DNA of 64,000 nucleotides, from NCBI GenBank assembly GCA_039024555.1, contig JBCCQQ010000005.1, forward strand, positions 1 through 64,000. Reading direction: 5' to 3'. Positions 50,560-60,965 of the stretch are shown here, in pieces. The stretch comes from Cyanobacteria bacterium P01_D01_bin.156 (GTDB taxonomy: Bacteria > Cyanobacteriota > Cyanobacteriia > Phormidesmidales > Phormidesmidaceae). The notes under the pieces are model-generated. The model searched no databases. It saw only the letters and a list, made by a program, of their open reading frames with translations, and had not been told where the DNA came from. Within the stretch, counting starts at the first letter, position 1. Every line of letters begins with the position of its first letter. The translations under genes and the position numbers were made by a program.

Positions 50560-51000
50560 ATGACGGCTATTGCACTAAGGACAGAGTTAGATGTGGCGGA
50601 ATTATTATTGGCAAAGGGCTGGTTACCTGAAGAAATCAATAGCATTCTTGAATTTCCTCTGCCCAAGGCTGCCTTTCATCATCTTCCTACTGCCCGTGCA
50701 ACCCATCAGCAACCAGCTGTTACAAAAGTTACCGCCACCCCTGTGCAATACGCCAGACAAATACTTCAGGCTGCCGGATGGCTGGAGCAAGAACTGGATT
50801 CTCTCTTAAAACCCTGTTTGCCCACCATCAATCCTTGGCTCAATCAGACAGTCCAAGCACAGTCGCCAACAGCCTGGCTAAAACTCGCTTCACCAGCAGT
50901 TTCTCTCCAACAGTATCGACGCACCATGGCGATCAAACGTCTCAGCAGCTTTAGCTGTGTAATTACTGGGATATGTCTGGCTGTGGCATTGGCCAGCTAG
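50560..51000 (+). CDS. Hypothetical protein with a duplicated helical motif and C-terminal TM
   Basis: LLLAKGWLPEEINSIL / ILQAAGWLEQELDSLL. Confidence 0.6.
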   Translation: MTAIALRTELDVAELLLAKGWLPEEINSILEFPLPKAAFHHLPTARATHQQPAVTKVTATPVQYARQILQAAGWLEQELDSLLKPCLPTINPWLNQTVQAQSPTAWLKLASPAVSLQQYRRTMAIKRLSSFSCVITGICLAVALAS

Positions 51001-51032
51001 CGATGCCAGCCGACCTGTAACTTGTCAAACTA

Positions 51033-51977
51033 TCAACTCAAAAATCTATCTGTAGCCTCCACCAAAGCACTTAAAATGCCAGGCTCAGTGGCAGAATGAC
51101 CAGCGTTGGGCACAACAATTAGTTCTGCCTCAGGCCAGGCTCGGTGTAGTTCCCATGCCGATTGCATAGGGCACACCACGTCATAGCGCCCTTGTACAAT
51201 CACTGCTGGAATATGGCGGATGGCAGAAACATTTTGCAATAGCTGATCGGCAGACTTAAAAAAGCCTCCATTCACAAAGTAGTGGCATTCAATTCGAGCG
51301 AAGGCATCGGCAAACGTATCATTGCTAAAGCGCTCGATAGTCTCCTGGTTTTGTATCAAATAGCTGGTACTGGCTTCCCAAATGGCCCAAGCTCGAGCAG
51401 CCTGCTGCCGTACCTGGGCATCAGGACTGGTAAGTCGTTGGTAATAGGCGGCTACCAAGTCGTGGCGTTCGTTCTCAGGAATGGGTTCTAAATAGTGCTC
51501 CCAGGCATCAGGAAAAATATAGCTGGCTCCTTCCTGGTAAAACCAACGAATCTCCTTAGGACGCAGCATAAAAATGCCCCGCAAAATCAGACCGGCACAG
51601 TACTGAGGGTAAGTTTGAGCATAAGCCAACGCCAAGGTGCTGCCCCAGCTACCACCAAATACGGTCCATTGCTCAATGTTTAAGTGGACCCGCAACCGTT
51701 CAATATCATCCACCAGATCCCAGGTGGTGTTTTCAAGGAGTTCAGCATGGGGCGTGCTTTGGCCACAGCCCCGCTGATCAAATAAAACAACACGCCAGCG
51801 GTCAGGATTAAAAAACTGTCGATAAAATGGAGTCGTCCCTCCACCAGGCCCACCGTGGAGAAATACTACCGGTTGCCCTTGGGGATTGCCCACCTCTTCA
51901 AAATGCAGCGTATGACGGTCAGAAACCGATAAGTTTCCTTGGTGGTAAGGCTCAATGGGCGGATAGGGCTGACGCAT
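51033..51977 (-). CDS. pip: Prolyl aminopeptidase (proline iminopeptidase)
   Basis: HGGPGGG, FDQRGCG, GGSWGS, GRYDVVCP, AGHS. Confidence 0.96.
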   Translation of the reverse strand: MRQPYPPIEPYHQGNLSVSDRHTLHFEEVGNPQGQPVVFLHGGPGGGTTPFYRQFFNPDRWRVVLFDQRGCGQSTPHAELLENTTWDLVDDIERLRVHLNIEQWTVFGGSWGSTLALAYAQTYPQYCAGLILRGIFMLRPKEIRWFYQEGASYIFPDAWEHYLEPIPENERHDLVAAYYQRLTSPDAQVRQQAARAWAIWEASTSYLIQNQETIERFSNDTFADAFARIECHYFVNGGFFKSADQLLQNVSAIRHIPAVIVQGRYDVVCPMQSAWELHRAWPEAELIVVPNAGHSATEPGILSALVEATDRFLS

Positions 51978-52054
51978 AGTGAGCGTGAAAAATAGCCATG
52001 CTATTGTCGCACCCAAACTCCAAATACTCCAGACATCCAACTAGAGTAAATTAT

Positions 52055-52145
52055 GCCGTTACTGATTTAGGGGATGAAACGATCTGTAGCCCCTAACCGT
52101 TGCCTGGATTTGACACATAAAATCATCCCAAGGATCAGCAAAGCC
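52055..52145. mobile_element. 91-bp MITE copy 4
   Basis: Closely matches the reverse complement of copy 2; flanks TAAATTAT / CAAATTAT. Confidence 0.85.
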
Positions 52146-52176
52146 CAAATTATCTAGGCAGCATTGACCTAAAAAT

Positions 52177-52380
52177 TTAGCTAGCAGATGAATACACTAA
52201 GCCATTGGGTTGGATCGCCACGGGCTTTGGCATGACCACATACCACCGACCCGTTTTGGGATCGCGGTACGCGTCAAATGGTTGTTGCTTCAATGGCTTA
52301 GTACAGACTTTCGGCACTGAATTAGCGATTTTCACGACTCTTTGTGAAGGATTATGGATAAAACGCTCAGCTGAATACAT
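52177..52380 (-). CDS. Small hypothetical protein
   Basis: PFDAYRDPKTGRWYVV motif resembles small conserved cyanobacterial proteins. Confidence 0.5.
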   Translation of the reverse strand: MYSAERFIHNPSQRVVKIANSVPKVCTKPLKQQPFDAYRDPKTGRWYVVMPKPVAIQPNGLVYSSAS

Positions 52381-52909
52381 TCATCAGACTGCGACCGTTG
52401 ACATTAACAATCGGTCCATCTATTGTGGCTTGCGGGCCTATGGAGTTTGGGTGACTAAATCAAAAGGACGATGTGATTTTTATCACAAAATATTAGGGAA
52501 ACCTGGTATCTTCCCTGACCGCAGGTTAGTCAGCTACAGACATCGTTCCGCTTAACGCATCGGTAATGTAGGGGGTTAGCCCTTACCCCTATAGATAACG
52601 CTTAAAAGCACCCCCCAGGGGGACAATGAGCACCCCCGTAGAAATAGCAATGATGACTTAATGCCCCAGGTAGAGCTTCGTGTCGAGGTTAAGAAAAGTA
52701 AGGCGTTTAATTCGAAAACTAGTTGGTCAAGTGGCGGTGGGATTAATCAACCAAAAAGCTTGCCAGGGGTCCCTGGACACTTCATTTATGCGTCATTTAT
52801 GCGTTACGAAACCATTTGAAGTACGGATGTCATTGCTGGATTTTGCTATGCTCATAGCAAAATATTTTGGTTTTAAAGTGATAGCGAAAAAAACAGGGGC
52901 CTTACCATA

Positions 52910-52947
52910 TAGAACAGCCTAGATAAGATAGAACAGCCTAGATAAGA
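52910..52947. repeat. 19-bp tandem duplication upstream of glgX
   Basis: TAGAACAGCCTAGATAAGA x2. Confidence 0.85.
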
Positions 52948-52967
52948 CAGTTTTGGTATCATCCACC

Positions 52968-55163
52968 ATGTCGGCAGCAGTATGGCCCGGTCGTTCTCAC
53001 CCGTTGGGAGCCACTTGGGACGGTCAGGGAACCAATTTTGCAATCTTTTCAGAAAATGCCACGGCCATGGAGCTGTGCCTTTTTGATGAAGAGGGCAATG
53101 AGCGCCGACTGGCATTACCGGAAATGACCAACCATGTGTGGCATGGCTACCTGCCAGGTGTGGGACCGGGGCAGCGCTACGGCTACCGGGTCTATGGTGC
53201 TTACAATCCCAAAGAGGGACAGCGGTTTAATCACCACAAGCTACTGCTGGACCCCTATGCCCGCGCCATTGGCGGGGATATGAAATTTAGCACAGCCATC
53301 TTTGGCTATCCCATGGATCGCTTTGCCGATAGCGATCGCGACCTGGAAAAATCCACCCTGGATGACCTCAACCAAGTTCCTAAGGCCATTGTCACGGACG
53401 ATGGATTTGATTGGGGAGAAGATTGCTATCCCGATACGCCGTGGCATGAAACCATCATTTATGAGGTACACGTCAAAGGATTTACTCGCAAACATCCCCA
53501 CATTCCTCCTGAAATCCAGGGTACCTATGCGGGATTGGGGCACCCTGCCGCCATTGAACACCTAAAAAAACTAGGGGTAACCGCCGTTGAGCTGCTCCCC
53601 GTGCACCACTACAATGCTTACCCCGGTCATCTGATAGCAGTAGGTCTGCACAACTATTGGGGTTACGACTCGATTAACTACTTTGCTCCCTATGCAGGCT
53701 ACAGCGCCGCTGGTGATACGGGGCAACAGGTCAAAGAATTTAAGGCCATGGTCAAGGCCCTGCACCAAGAGGGCATCGAGGTGATTTTGGATGTGGTGTA
53801 CAACCACACCGGTGAAGGCAATCACTTTGGTCCTACCCTTTCTTTGCGGGGTATTGACAATGAAGCCTACTATCGTTTAGTAGACGGCAATCCGCGCTAC
53901 TACATGGACTTTACCGGCTGTGGGAACTCCCTAAATGTGCGGCATCCCCAGGTGCTAAAGCTGATTATGGACAGTTTGCGCTACTGGGTATTAGAAATGC
54001 ATGTGGATGGCTTCCGGTTTGATTTAGCCTCAGCCCTGGCCCGAGAACTTTATGAGGTGGATAGTCTCGCCGCCTTTTTTGACATCATTCACCAGGATCC
54101 GGTGCTTTCCACTACTAAGTTAATTGCAGAACCGTGGGACCTAGGGGAGGGGGGGTACCAAGTGGGTAATTTCCCATTGTTATGGTCGGAGTGGAACGGC
54201 AAGTACCGCGATACCATGCGAGACTTTTGGCGCGACCACAACTGCCGTTTGGGAGAATTTGCCTTTCGGTTTACGGGGAGCTCAGACCTTTATCAGGCCA
54301 ATGGCAAACTGCCCCATGCCAGCGTTAACTTTATCACCGCCCACGATGGCTTCACCCTAAGAGACTTGGTGAGCTACAACGAGAAACATAATGAGGCTAA
54401 TGGTGAAGGTAACCGAGATGGGGAAAGTTACAATCGGTCCTGGAACTGTGGGGTGGAAGGAGAAACGGATAATGAGGCTATTTTAGCGTTGAGATCGCAA
54501 CAACAGCGAAACTTGCTTGCCACCCTATTTCTCTCCCAAGGGGTACCTATGATGCTGGGAGGGGACGAAATGGGACGTACCCAGCATGGTAACAATAACA
54601 GCTACTGTCAGGATAATGATGTTGCCTGGTTTGACTGGAGCTTTTGTGAACAAAATAAAGAACTACTCACCTTTACCCAACAGCTGATTAGTTTCCGTAA
54701 ACAGCATCCGATTTTCTGTCGTCGCCAGTGGTTCCTAGGCCGTGAAATTCATGGTTCTGGCGTTATTGACATTGGCTGGTTTAACCCCGATGGCACCATT
54801 ATTAGCGAAGAAGAATGGCAGGACGGTAGTTCCAAAACCATTAGCATCTTTCTCAATGGTGAAGAAATTCTCACCACCGATAAACGAGGACAGCGTGTCA
54901 TTGACGACAGTTTTTTGTTGTTTTTTAATGCCTATCCTGAACTACAAGAATTTTCCATTCCTACTTCCGTAGATCGAAAAGAATGGCGTGTCATTCTAGA
55001 CACTAAGCATCCCAGCGGCTTTGTGGACGATGGCAACATTTATAATCAGGCACAAAAGGTACCCGTGGCTGCCCGCTCGTTAGTTTTGTTGGCCTGTCCC
55101 CACTGTTTTGATACGTCCTCGGGGGCAGACGGAGCCACATGTACATTACCTAAGCGAGGGTAA
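52968..55163 (+). CDS. glgX: Glycogen debranching enzyme (isoamylase)
   Basis: YEVHVKG, NYWGY, DVVYNH, DGFRFDLA, IAEPWD, TAHDGF. Confidence 0.97.
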   Translation: MSAAVWPGRSHPLGATWDGQGTNFAIFSENATAMELCLFDEEGNERRLALPEMTNHVWHGYLPGVGPGQRYGYRVYGAYNPKEGQRFNHHKLLLDPYARAIGGDMKFSTAIFGYPMDRFADSDRDLEKSTLDDLNQVPKAIVTDDGFDWGEDCYPDTPWHETIIYEVHVKGFTRKHPHIPPEIQGTYAGLGHPAAIEHLKKLGVTAVELLPVHHYNAYPGHLIAVGLHNYWGYDSINYFAPYAGYSAAGDTGQQVKEFKAMVKALHQEGIEVILDVVYNHTGEGNHFGPTLSLRGIDNEAYYRLVDGNPRYYMDFTGCGNSLNVRHPQVLKLIMDSLRYWVLEMHVDGFRFDLASALARELYEVDSLAAFFDIIHQDPVLSTTKLIAEPWDLGEGGYQVGNFPLLWSEWNGKYRDTMRDFWRDHNCRLGEFAFRFTGSSDLYQANGKLPHASVNFITAHDGFTLRDLVSYNEKHNEANGEGNRDGESYNRSWNCGVEGETDNEAILALRSQQQRNLLATLFLSQGVPMMLGGDEMGRTQHGNNNSYCQDNDVAWFDWSFCEQNKELLTFTQQLISFRKQHPIFCRRQWFLGREIHGSGVIDIGWFNPDGTIISEEEWQDGSSKTISIFLNGEEILTTDKRGQRVIDDSFLLFFNAYPELQEFSIPTSVDRKEWRVILDTKHPSGFVDDGNIYNQAQKVPVAARSLVLLACPHCFDTSSGADGATCTLPKRG

Positions 55164-55164
55164 T

Positions 55165-55515
55165 ATGCCCAATAGCTATGAACGCATTTATGCTGTGGTT
55201 CGCCAGATTCCGGCAGGCACGGTCGCTACCTATGGTCAGGTAGCTGAACTGGCTGGACTAATTGGTAAACCTAGGGTGGTGGGCTATGCGCTCTATAAAG
55301 TAGCCCCCGACGATGATATTCCCTGGCAGCGGGTGATCAATGCTAAAGGAGAGATTTCTACATCCGCGTTTCGCGATGGTTCAGATGACCTGCAGCGCAT
55401 CCTTTTAGAAGAGGAAGGAATCAAGTTTGAAAAAAACAAAATTGATCTGACTAAATATCGCTGGCAGCCACCGCAGGAGGTGATCGAAGCCATTGAGTTT
55501 GACGAAGAGGAATAA
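55165..55515 (+). CDS. Alkyltransferase-like (ATL/MGMT family) protein
   Basis: IPAGTVATYGQVA; PWQRV with Trp in place of the catalytic Cys. Confidence 0.9.
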   Translation: MPNSYERIYAVVRQIPAGTVATYGQVAELAGLIGKPRVVGYALYKVAPDDDIPWQRVINAKGEISTSAFRDGSDDLQRILLEEEGIKFEKNKIDLTKYRWQPPQEVIEAIEFDEEE

Positions 55516-56125
55516 ACTTTCGACTCAGCTCAACACATCCATATTACACAAAAACCTGGTAGTCCTATACGAGTAAGGATTGGTGCTCAATCCATCGTGC
55601 AGTTCCCACCGCCAAAAGAAACAGCATATACCAGCTTAGCGAGAATCATGGCCTGTGCCAGTTGCAACGCTACAGAGCAGATTAGAGATAATAACATGGA
55701 CCATTGTAGTTTTCTGCAAAGTTAGCTCAACCCTATAATAACTAGCCGGTTTAGCTATTGAAAGGTCATGGCAGTAGGGTCATCAGCAACCGAATAGCCG
55801 CCTGTCCAAGGTCTTTTCACTATGCCACTTCAAAAGGCGTAACGTCACCATAAGGATTTTGAAAACAGCTCTTGTTACAGTCAACTCGTGAATCAGGTTG
55901 ATTATCATTCAACAGTCTGCATTAAGAGATTAGACCAAATGCCTGTAGGGATAGCAACTCTCTCTTAATGCATCTGTCCATTGTGGCTTCAGTCTTTTGT
56001 GCTTATAACCTTGTAGGATCTGAAGAACTTTTTTTTGGCAATTGTTTCAATTTTTTTTGCGTGAGAAGTAACAGATAGTGTCTCTAGAGATTTTTTTGTT
56101 TTTGATATCTTCACTGTATTGAACT

Positions 56126-57358
56126 ATGCGATATTTTCAAACAACAACGGCTTTACTGATTGCCTTGAGTATGGGTGCAGGTGCGATCGCACCGCTCGCC
56201 ACTCCCACGCCCGTCATTGCCCAAACCCAAATCCAATTTACCGATGTTTCCTCTAACTACTGGGCTAAGCAGTTTATCGTTAGCCTAGCTGAGAGAGGCA
56301 TTATTGCTGGTTTCCCCGATGGCTCATTTCGTCCTGATGAGCCTGTGACCCGTGCCCAGTATGCTGCCATGGTACGCAAGGCATTTAACATAAGCAATGT
56401 TCGCAGCTCCACCTCATTTGTCGATGTCTCCAGCAATTTTTGGGCAGCTGACGCTATTGATGAAGCCTATCGTATGGGCTTTTTATCCGGCTATCCTGAT
56501 AATGTGTTTCAGCCAAACCAAAATATTCCCCGTGCCCAGGTGCTAGTTTCCCTCGCAAATGGCCTTAACTATCAGGCAAGTACGATTGCCAGTGCTAACG
56601 TTTACCGCGATTCTGGGACTATCCCCAACTATGCGTTTGCCAGCATTGCCGCTGCCACTGAACAACGCCTGGTGGTTAACTATCCTGATGTGCAAGCACT
56701 GCGCCCCAATCAAACTGCAACACGGGCAGATGTAGCTGCTTTTATTTATCAGGCACTCGCCAGCCGCAACCAGGTGGCCACAGTTCAGTCCCCTTATATT
56801 GTCCAAATCAGACAAACAACGACGGCTCAGTCCTCAGTTTTATCTGGCACGAGCATTGCAGTCACCTATCCCGATAGTGACAAGATTGTTTTGTTGCCAG
56901 ATGAAACATTACCTTTAACACTACAGGTTGCTGAAACTGTTAGGGATAGTCAAGGTCAAATACTCATTCCTCGCAATAGTGAGATCATTGGTGAGTTACG
57001 CCCTGTCACTGTGAGGTCTCAGCAGGGCACTCAGTTTGTTGCTCAAACTCTGGTACTAGAGAGCGGTCGTCGAGTAGCTCTACAAGCTCAGTCCAATGTT
57101 GTAACTACCACTGAAACCATCCGTCGCGGTGCCAGTATTGGTGAGATATTTGCTGGTGCTGTCCTGGGGTCTGGCGCTGCTGCCGCTATTGGTTCGGTCA
57201 CTGGAGATGATGAGATTCAGACCTGGGAAGTGTTGACGGGTACTGTGGCTGGAGCGCTCGGTGGTTTGGTGTTAGGACGAGAGCGGGTGGAGGTTATTTC
57301 GGTTAATCCTGATAGCGATCTATCACTTGTCGTTAGTCAGTCTGTAGCTTTGAATTAA
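56126..57358 (+). CDS. S-layer homology (SLH) domain protein
   Basis: Three SLH repeats (FTDV...WA...GFPDGSFRP..VTRAQ) and a glycine-zipper C-terminus. Confidence 0.9.
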   Translation: MRYFQTTTALLIALSMGAGAIAPLATPTPVIAQTQIQFTDVSSNYWAKQFIVSLAERGIIAGFPDGSFRPDEPVTRAQYAAMVRKAFNISNVRSSTSFVDVSSNFWAADAIDEAYRMGFLSGYPDNVFQPNQNIPRAQVLVSLANGLNYQASTIASANVYRDSGTIPNYAFASIAAATEQRLVVNYPDVQALRPNQTATRADVAAFIYQALASRNQVATVQSPYIVQIRQTTTAQSSVLSGTSIAVTYPDSDKIVLLPDETLPLTLQVAETVRDSQGQILIPRNSEIIGELRPVTVRSQQGTQFVAQTLVLESGRRVALQAQSNVVTTTETIRRGASIGEIFAGAVLGSGAAAAIGSVTGDDEIQTWEVLTGTVAGALGGLVLGRERVEVISVNPDSDLSLVVSQSVALN

Positions 57359-57477
57359 TAAAGAGAGTGTTGCAAAGGCAATCGGAGATTGTACAGTAAT
57401 TTCCGATTATCCTCGACTCATATTTTTTTGAGCTGATGCCACTCGGATTCAATCAGATTCAACTTTGAACACTAATT

Positions 57478-58131
57478 TTAATAACCAGTCAGATCGATGC
57501 GAATTTCCTCAGTGTGTTCCCCTGCCTCGATCACGACGACATTGCCTTCCAACCACAGGTTTCGACTATCTCGGTTCCCTAACCCATAGCTCCCCATTCG
57601 TTTCATAATCAAACGCGGTCGGGGACCAGGACCATCTACATAGAAATATTCCGTATCCATCAAAAATCTAACAAACAACAGCGATGTAAATACACCACTA
57701 CCTCCAGTATTCTGCGTCACTCGAAGAATATGGAGCCCATTATCCAATTGCCCCAACCATCTGTAGCCAGTGGTATAGCTAATCTCTTCACCGAGCCAAG
57801 GTTCCCAAGTCGCCCTCACAGTGCCTATCGCTGTATTTTCCACTTCCGCCCAGTAGCGGTTAGTGTCGGCCATACTCCCTTCCACATCTAACGCAATGGA
57901 GCCTGGTTTCATATCCGATAGCCATGGAAGTAAATCCCCCACAGCCCGTGGGTTAATGGGCTCTCCCCGAAACATAAAGAATCTGTTGGCAGCTTCCAAT
58001 GACTCTAGGGGAGTCAAGGATAAATCTGTTGGTGGTTCTGCTGCAACAGAAACCAATGGAAGTAACAGTGGATTGCATAGAAGTGCAATACCGCCGAGCA
58101 TCACCATCCAACAACATTTACTATTTAACAT
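57478..58131 (-). CDS. Exported hypothetical protein
   Basis: Signal peptide; NTGGSGVF motif. Confidence 0.65.
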   Translation of the reverse strand: MLNSKCCWMVMLGGIALLCNPLLLPLVSVAAEPPTDLSLTPLESLEAANRFFMFRGEPINPRAVGDLLPWLSDMKPGSIALDVEGSMADTNRYWAEVENTAIGTVRATWEPWLGEEISYTTGYRWLGQLDNGLHILRVTQNTGGSGVFTSLLFVRFLMDTEYFYVDGPGPRPRLIMKRMGSYGLGNRDSRNLWLEGNVVVIEAGEHTEEIRIDLTGY

Positions 58132-58180
58132 TTGTCAACCTAATATTTATTCACCCTAACCAAGAGCAGCTATTTCCTAA

Positions 58181-59077
58181 TTACTGAATCGGCTTACCTG
58201 CTTCATTCAAATAGCCAGTTTCCATCAAAAATAATTTTAAAGCCGTTGGAAAATCACGGTGCTCCCCAACTTGTTCACCGTCCTCATAGATTTCTAATCC
58301 CCAACGAGGCTCTGGGTCGTAGTTGTCCAGCATAAACTGCCATGCAACTTCAAACTCTTCATTGAGCATGGCATGGTAGGCAACATAACTCGCTAACATG
58401 CTGTTGGAAACAATCTCATACTCACTCTGAACTTCAAAAAAAGTTGTCTTTACCGTTTCTGCCTGTTCCCGTAATTGTTCAGGAAACTGTCGAGTAATAT
58501 CAACCAGCTCATCACCGCGATAGGCAAAAATATTGGTGGGTGGAAAAGACTCTACATAGCTACCAAACCGATATAAAAAAGATTGATCCAGGATAGTTAC
58601 TTCTGCAGTACCATCTCCATCAATATCTTTTATCCATGCCCCCATGCCATCAATGTAGCCCGTTTCTGTAGTTACAAACTCTGTGCCACTCCAGCGATGA
58701 ATGGCCGTATTCGTACAGCAGTGGGCACCACCAGAATAATTGCGCGCAATTACCTCAGCAATACCGTCACCATCCAAATCTCGCAGTTCAAATTCTGCAA
58801 ATACAAAGGTTAGCTCATCCAGCTGCTGGCGATCTTCTTCCTGGTAGACCAGCTGGTACCGCAGGTTAGTGTCATCCGCTTCTGCCAAGTTATCGTACTG
58901 GTCGTAGCTTACACGTACACCAATATCGCCATCGGTTAGCTCTAGGTTTTCAAAAGATGATGTATCAGGACTTAACCGCAATATAGACTGGGCCTGGGCA
59001 GCCGTTGCCAGCAACGGTATCCCGGCCAAGCTTACCGTAAGGACTTTCAATAGCTGATTGACGGATGGCCTTAACAT
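58181..59077 (-). CDS. Exported hypothetical protein with DxDGDG Ca-binding-type motifs
   Basis: AQA signal cleavage site, DLDGDG, SGGAHCC, DIDGDG. Confidence 0.75.
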   Translation of the reverse strand: MLRPSVNQLLKVLTVSLAGIPLLATAAQAQSILRLSPDTSSFENLELTDGDIGVRVSYDQYDNLAEADDTNLRYQLVYQEEDRQQLDELTFVFAEFELRDLDGDGIAEVIARNYSGGAHCCTNTAIHRWSGTEFVTTETGYIDGMGAWIKDIDGDGTAEVTILDQSFLYRFGSYVESFPPTNIFAYRGDELVDITRQFPEQLREQAETVKTTFFEVQSEYEIVSNSMLASYVAYHAMLNEEFEVAWQFMLDNYDPEPRWGLEIYEDGEQVGEHRDFPTALKLFLMETGYLNEAGKPIQ

Positions 59078-59242
59078 GACTAACTCCCTGAACACCAAAT
59101 ATTTACCTCAAAGGTGAACTGCCTGCCTGTTTTCCTTTACTATGTGTCTTCCCATGATTCAGCTTAGATTCCTAATGGCTATTGCCATCCTTCAAGAATC
59201 GTTTAGGCTAGGCATAATCGCAGCTTGCCCGTTTTGTGCCCT

Positions 59243-60157
59243 ATGGCCTCACTTCCAGTTTTAGATCTTCGTGCGTTTCTCCAGGGTTCAGCCACTCAAC
59301 AGGAAGAGTTTGTCCAGACTTTAGGTCAGTCCTTGGAAACGGTGGGCTTTTTTGCCCTGGAACACCACGGTATTGCTCCCAGCCTGATCGCAGCTGCCTA
59401 CGGTGCCGCTGCAGACTTTTTTACCCTACCAGAGGCCATTAAACAACGCTATGAGCGGCCAGAACTTCATCAACAGCGGGGGTTTACACGCTTTGGTCAG
59501 GAACATGCCAAAGACAGCAATGCAGCGGATCTAAAAGAGTTTTGGCATGTCGGTCGGGAGACAGAACTGCCAAATCCCTGGCCTCAGGAAGTACCCCAGT
59601 TTCAGCCAGCCATGGTGGAACTGTATCAGCAGTTAGAGGAATGTGCAGCCCATCTGTTGCGCGCCTGTGCCTTATATCTAGATTTACCAGGTAGTTTCTT
59701 TGCAGCGGAAGCTACCGAGGGCAAAAGTATTCTACGCATCTTGCACTATCCGCCATTACCAGAGGGCATTCCCCCTAACAGTCTGAGGGCCGCTCCCCAC
59801 GAAGATATTAATTTGATTACGTTGCTATGTGAGGCGACAGAACCGGGACTAGAACTTCTACACAACAATGAATGGCTAACGGTTGAAGCCCTACCCGGTC
59901 AGATTATTGTGGATACAGGGGATATGCTGCAGGCACTAAGCAATGGACTGTTTAAGAGCACCACCCATAGAGTGGTAAATCATGATATTCAAAGCACTCG
60001 CAGGTTTTCCCTACCCTTCTTTATGCACCCACGCCCAGATTTTGACCTCACACCGCTACCGGGCTGTGTTGCGCGCACAAGGGGACAACCCAAGTTTCCA
60101 GCCCAGACCGCAGGACAGTATCTGCACCAGCGACTTCAGGAAATTGGCCTAGCTTAG
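59243..60157 (+). CDS. 2OG-Fe(II) oxygenase, isopenicillin N synthase family
   Basis: GFF...HG, DLKE, HEDIN, STTHRV, RFS.PFF. Confidence 0.93.
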   Translation: MASLPVLDLRAFLQGSATQQEEFVQTLGQSLETVGFFALEHHGIAPSLIAAAYGAAADFFTLPEAIKQRYERPELHQQRGFTRFGQEHAKDSNAADLKEFWHVGRETELPNPWPQEVPQFQPAMVELYQQLEECAAHLLRACALYLDLPGSFFAAEATEGKSILRILHYPPLPEGIPPNSLRAAPHEDINLITLLCEATEPGLELLHNNEWLTVEALPGQIIVDTGDMLQALSNGLFKSTTHRVVNHDIQSTRRFSLPFFMHPRPDFDLTPLPGCVARTRGQPKFPAQTAGQYLHQRLQEIGLA

Positions 60158-60289
60158 TTGTCCGTGTCCCTATTCAAAAGCGTAGGCTGCTACCATTCAA
60201 TGACAGATGCAGGTTTGCTAGTAAACGTATGTCCAATAATGCCCCTTAAAAATATCGGCCTCAGCAAACTTTCAGGCACTGTTACCTCA

Positions 60290-60830
60290 GCAGCGTATTA
60301 GCTTGCTAGTCCCACCTATCAAGCCGGTAAGCTAATGGTTTTGCGGACAGATCAGGGCAAGCTGAACGTTCACTGATATTGAGACCGATAACATTATTTC
60401 TCAAGGTTTATCAATGCCCCATTTCCCTCGTTGGTATCGAGATCACCTTTAGGTACTAGAGTCGGGTCAGGAGACTTTAGCAACGGTGGACTTAGCCAGT
60501 GGTCATTTGGATGCTGTGGCTTCCTGGATGTACTCGAGGTATTGACTTTGCAGGCCCATCTGCATTTATTGGCCTATCGTAAGTGAGAGAAAGCGTTGTT
60601 TTTAGTGGTTTACCCATAACGGAGCAGCTCAACGAGCGTGTCTGTGATGTTTGGATTATCAATATTGAAACTGGAAAAACTGTGGCGCAAATGCGATTTG
60701 AATCTGGCATGGAAGAGATTTTTGCAGTACTGGTGTTGCCTGGTATTTGTTTTCCTGAAATTTTGCCCTAGGACAATCCACTGTTGGAAATGTCCTACTC
60801 CCTACCGCCTGAGACCCTAGCTGAAATTAA
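60290..60830 (+). pseudogene. TIGR03032/DUF4915 family pseudogene
   Basis: Fragments TYQAGKLMVLR..GKLNVH*, PRWYRDHL*VLESG, TRGIDFAG..AFIGLS*VRESVVFSGLPI and EIFAV; contains stops, frameshifts and a large internal deletion. Confidence 0.75.
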
Positions 60831-60965
60831 GAGTGGTTAGCATATCGGGAAAGGACAACCCCACGGCATAATAATGTATATAAGCTGTGTGGCAAGTGTC
60901 CGTTGGCCACAAACCTTGCTCAGGGCAATTGCTCTCGTCTGCTGCATTTGTTTCTTTCCTACCCT

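Noticed and set aside
52910..52947. 19-bp direct repeat as a mobile-element footprint or operator
   Set aside because: A simple tandem duplication with no further support.
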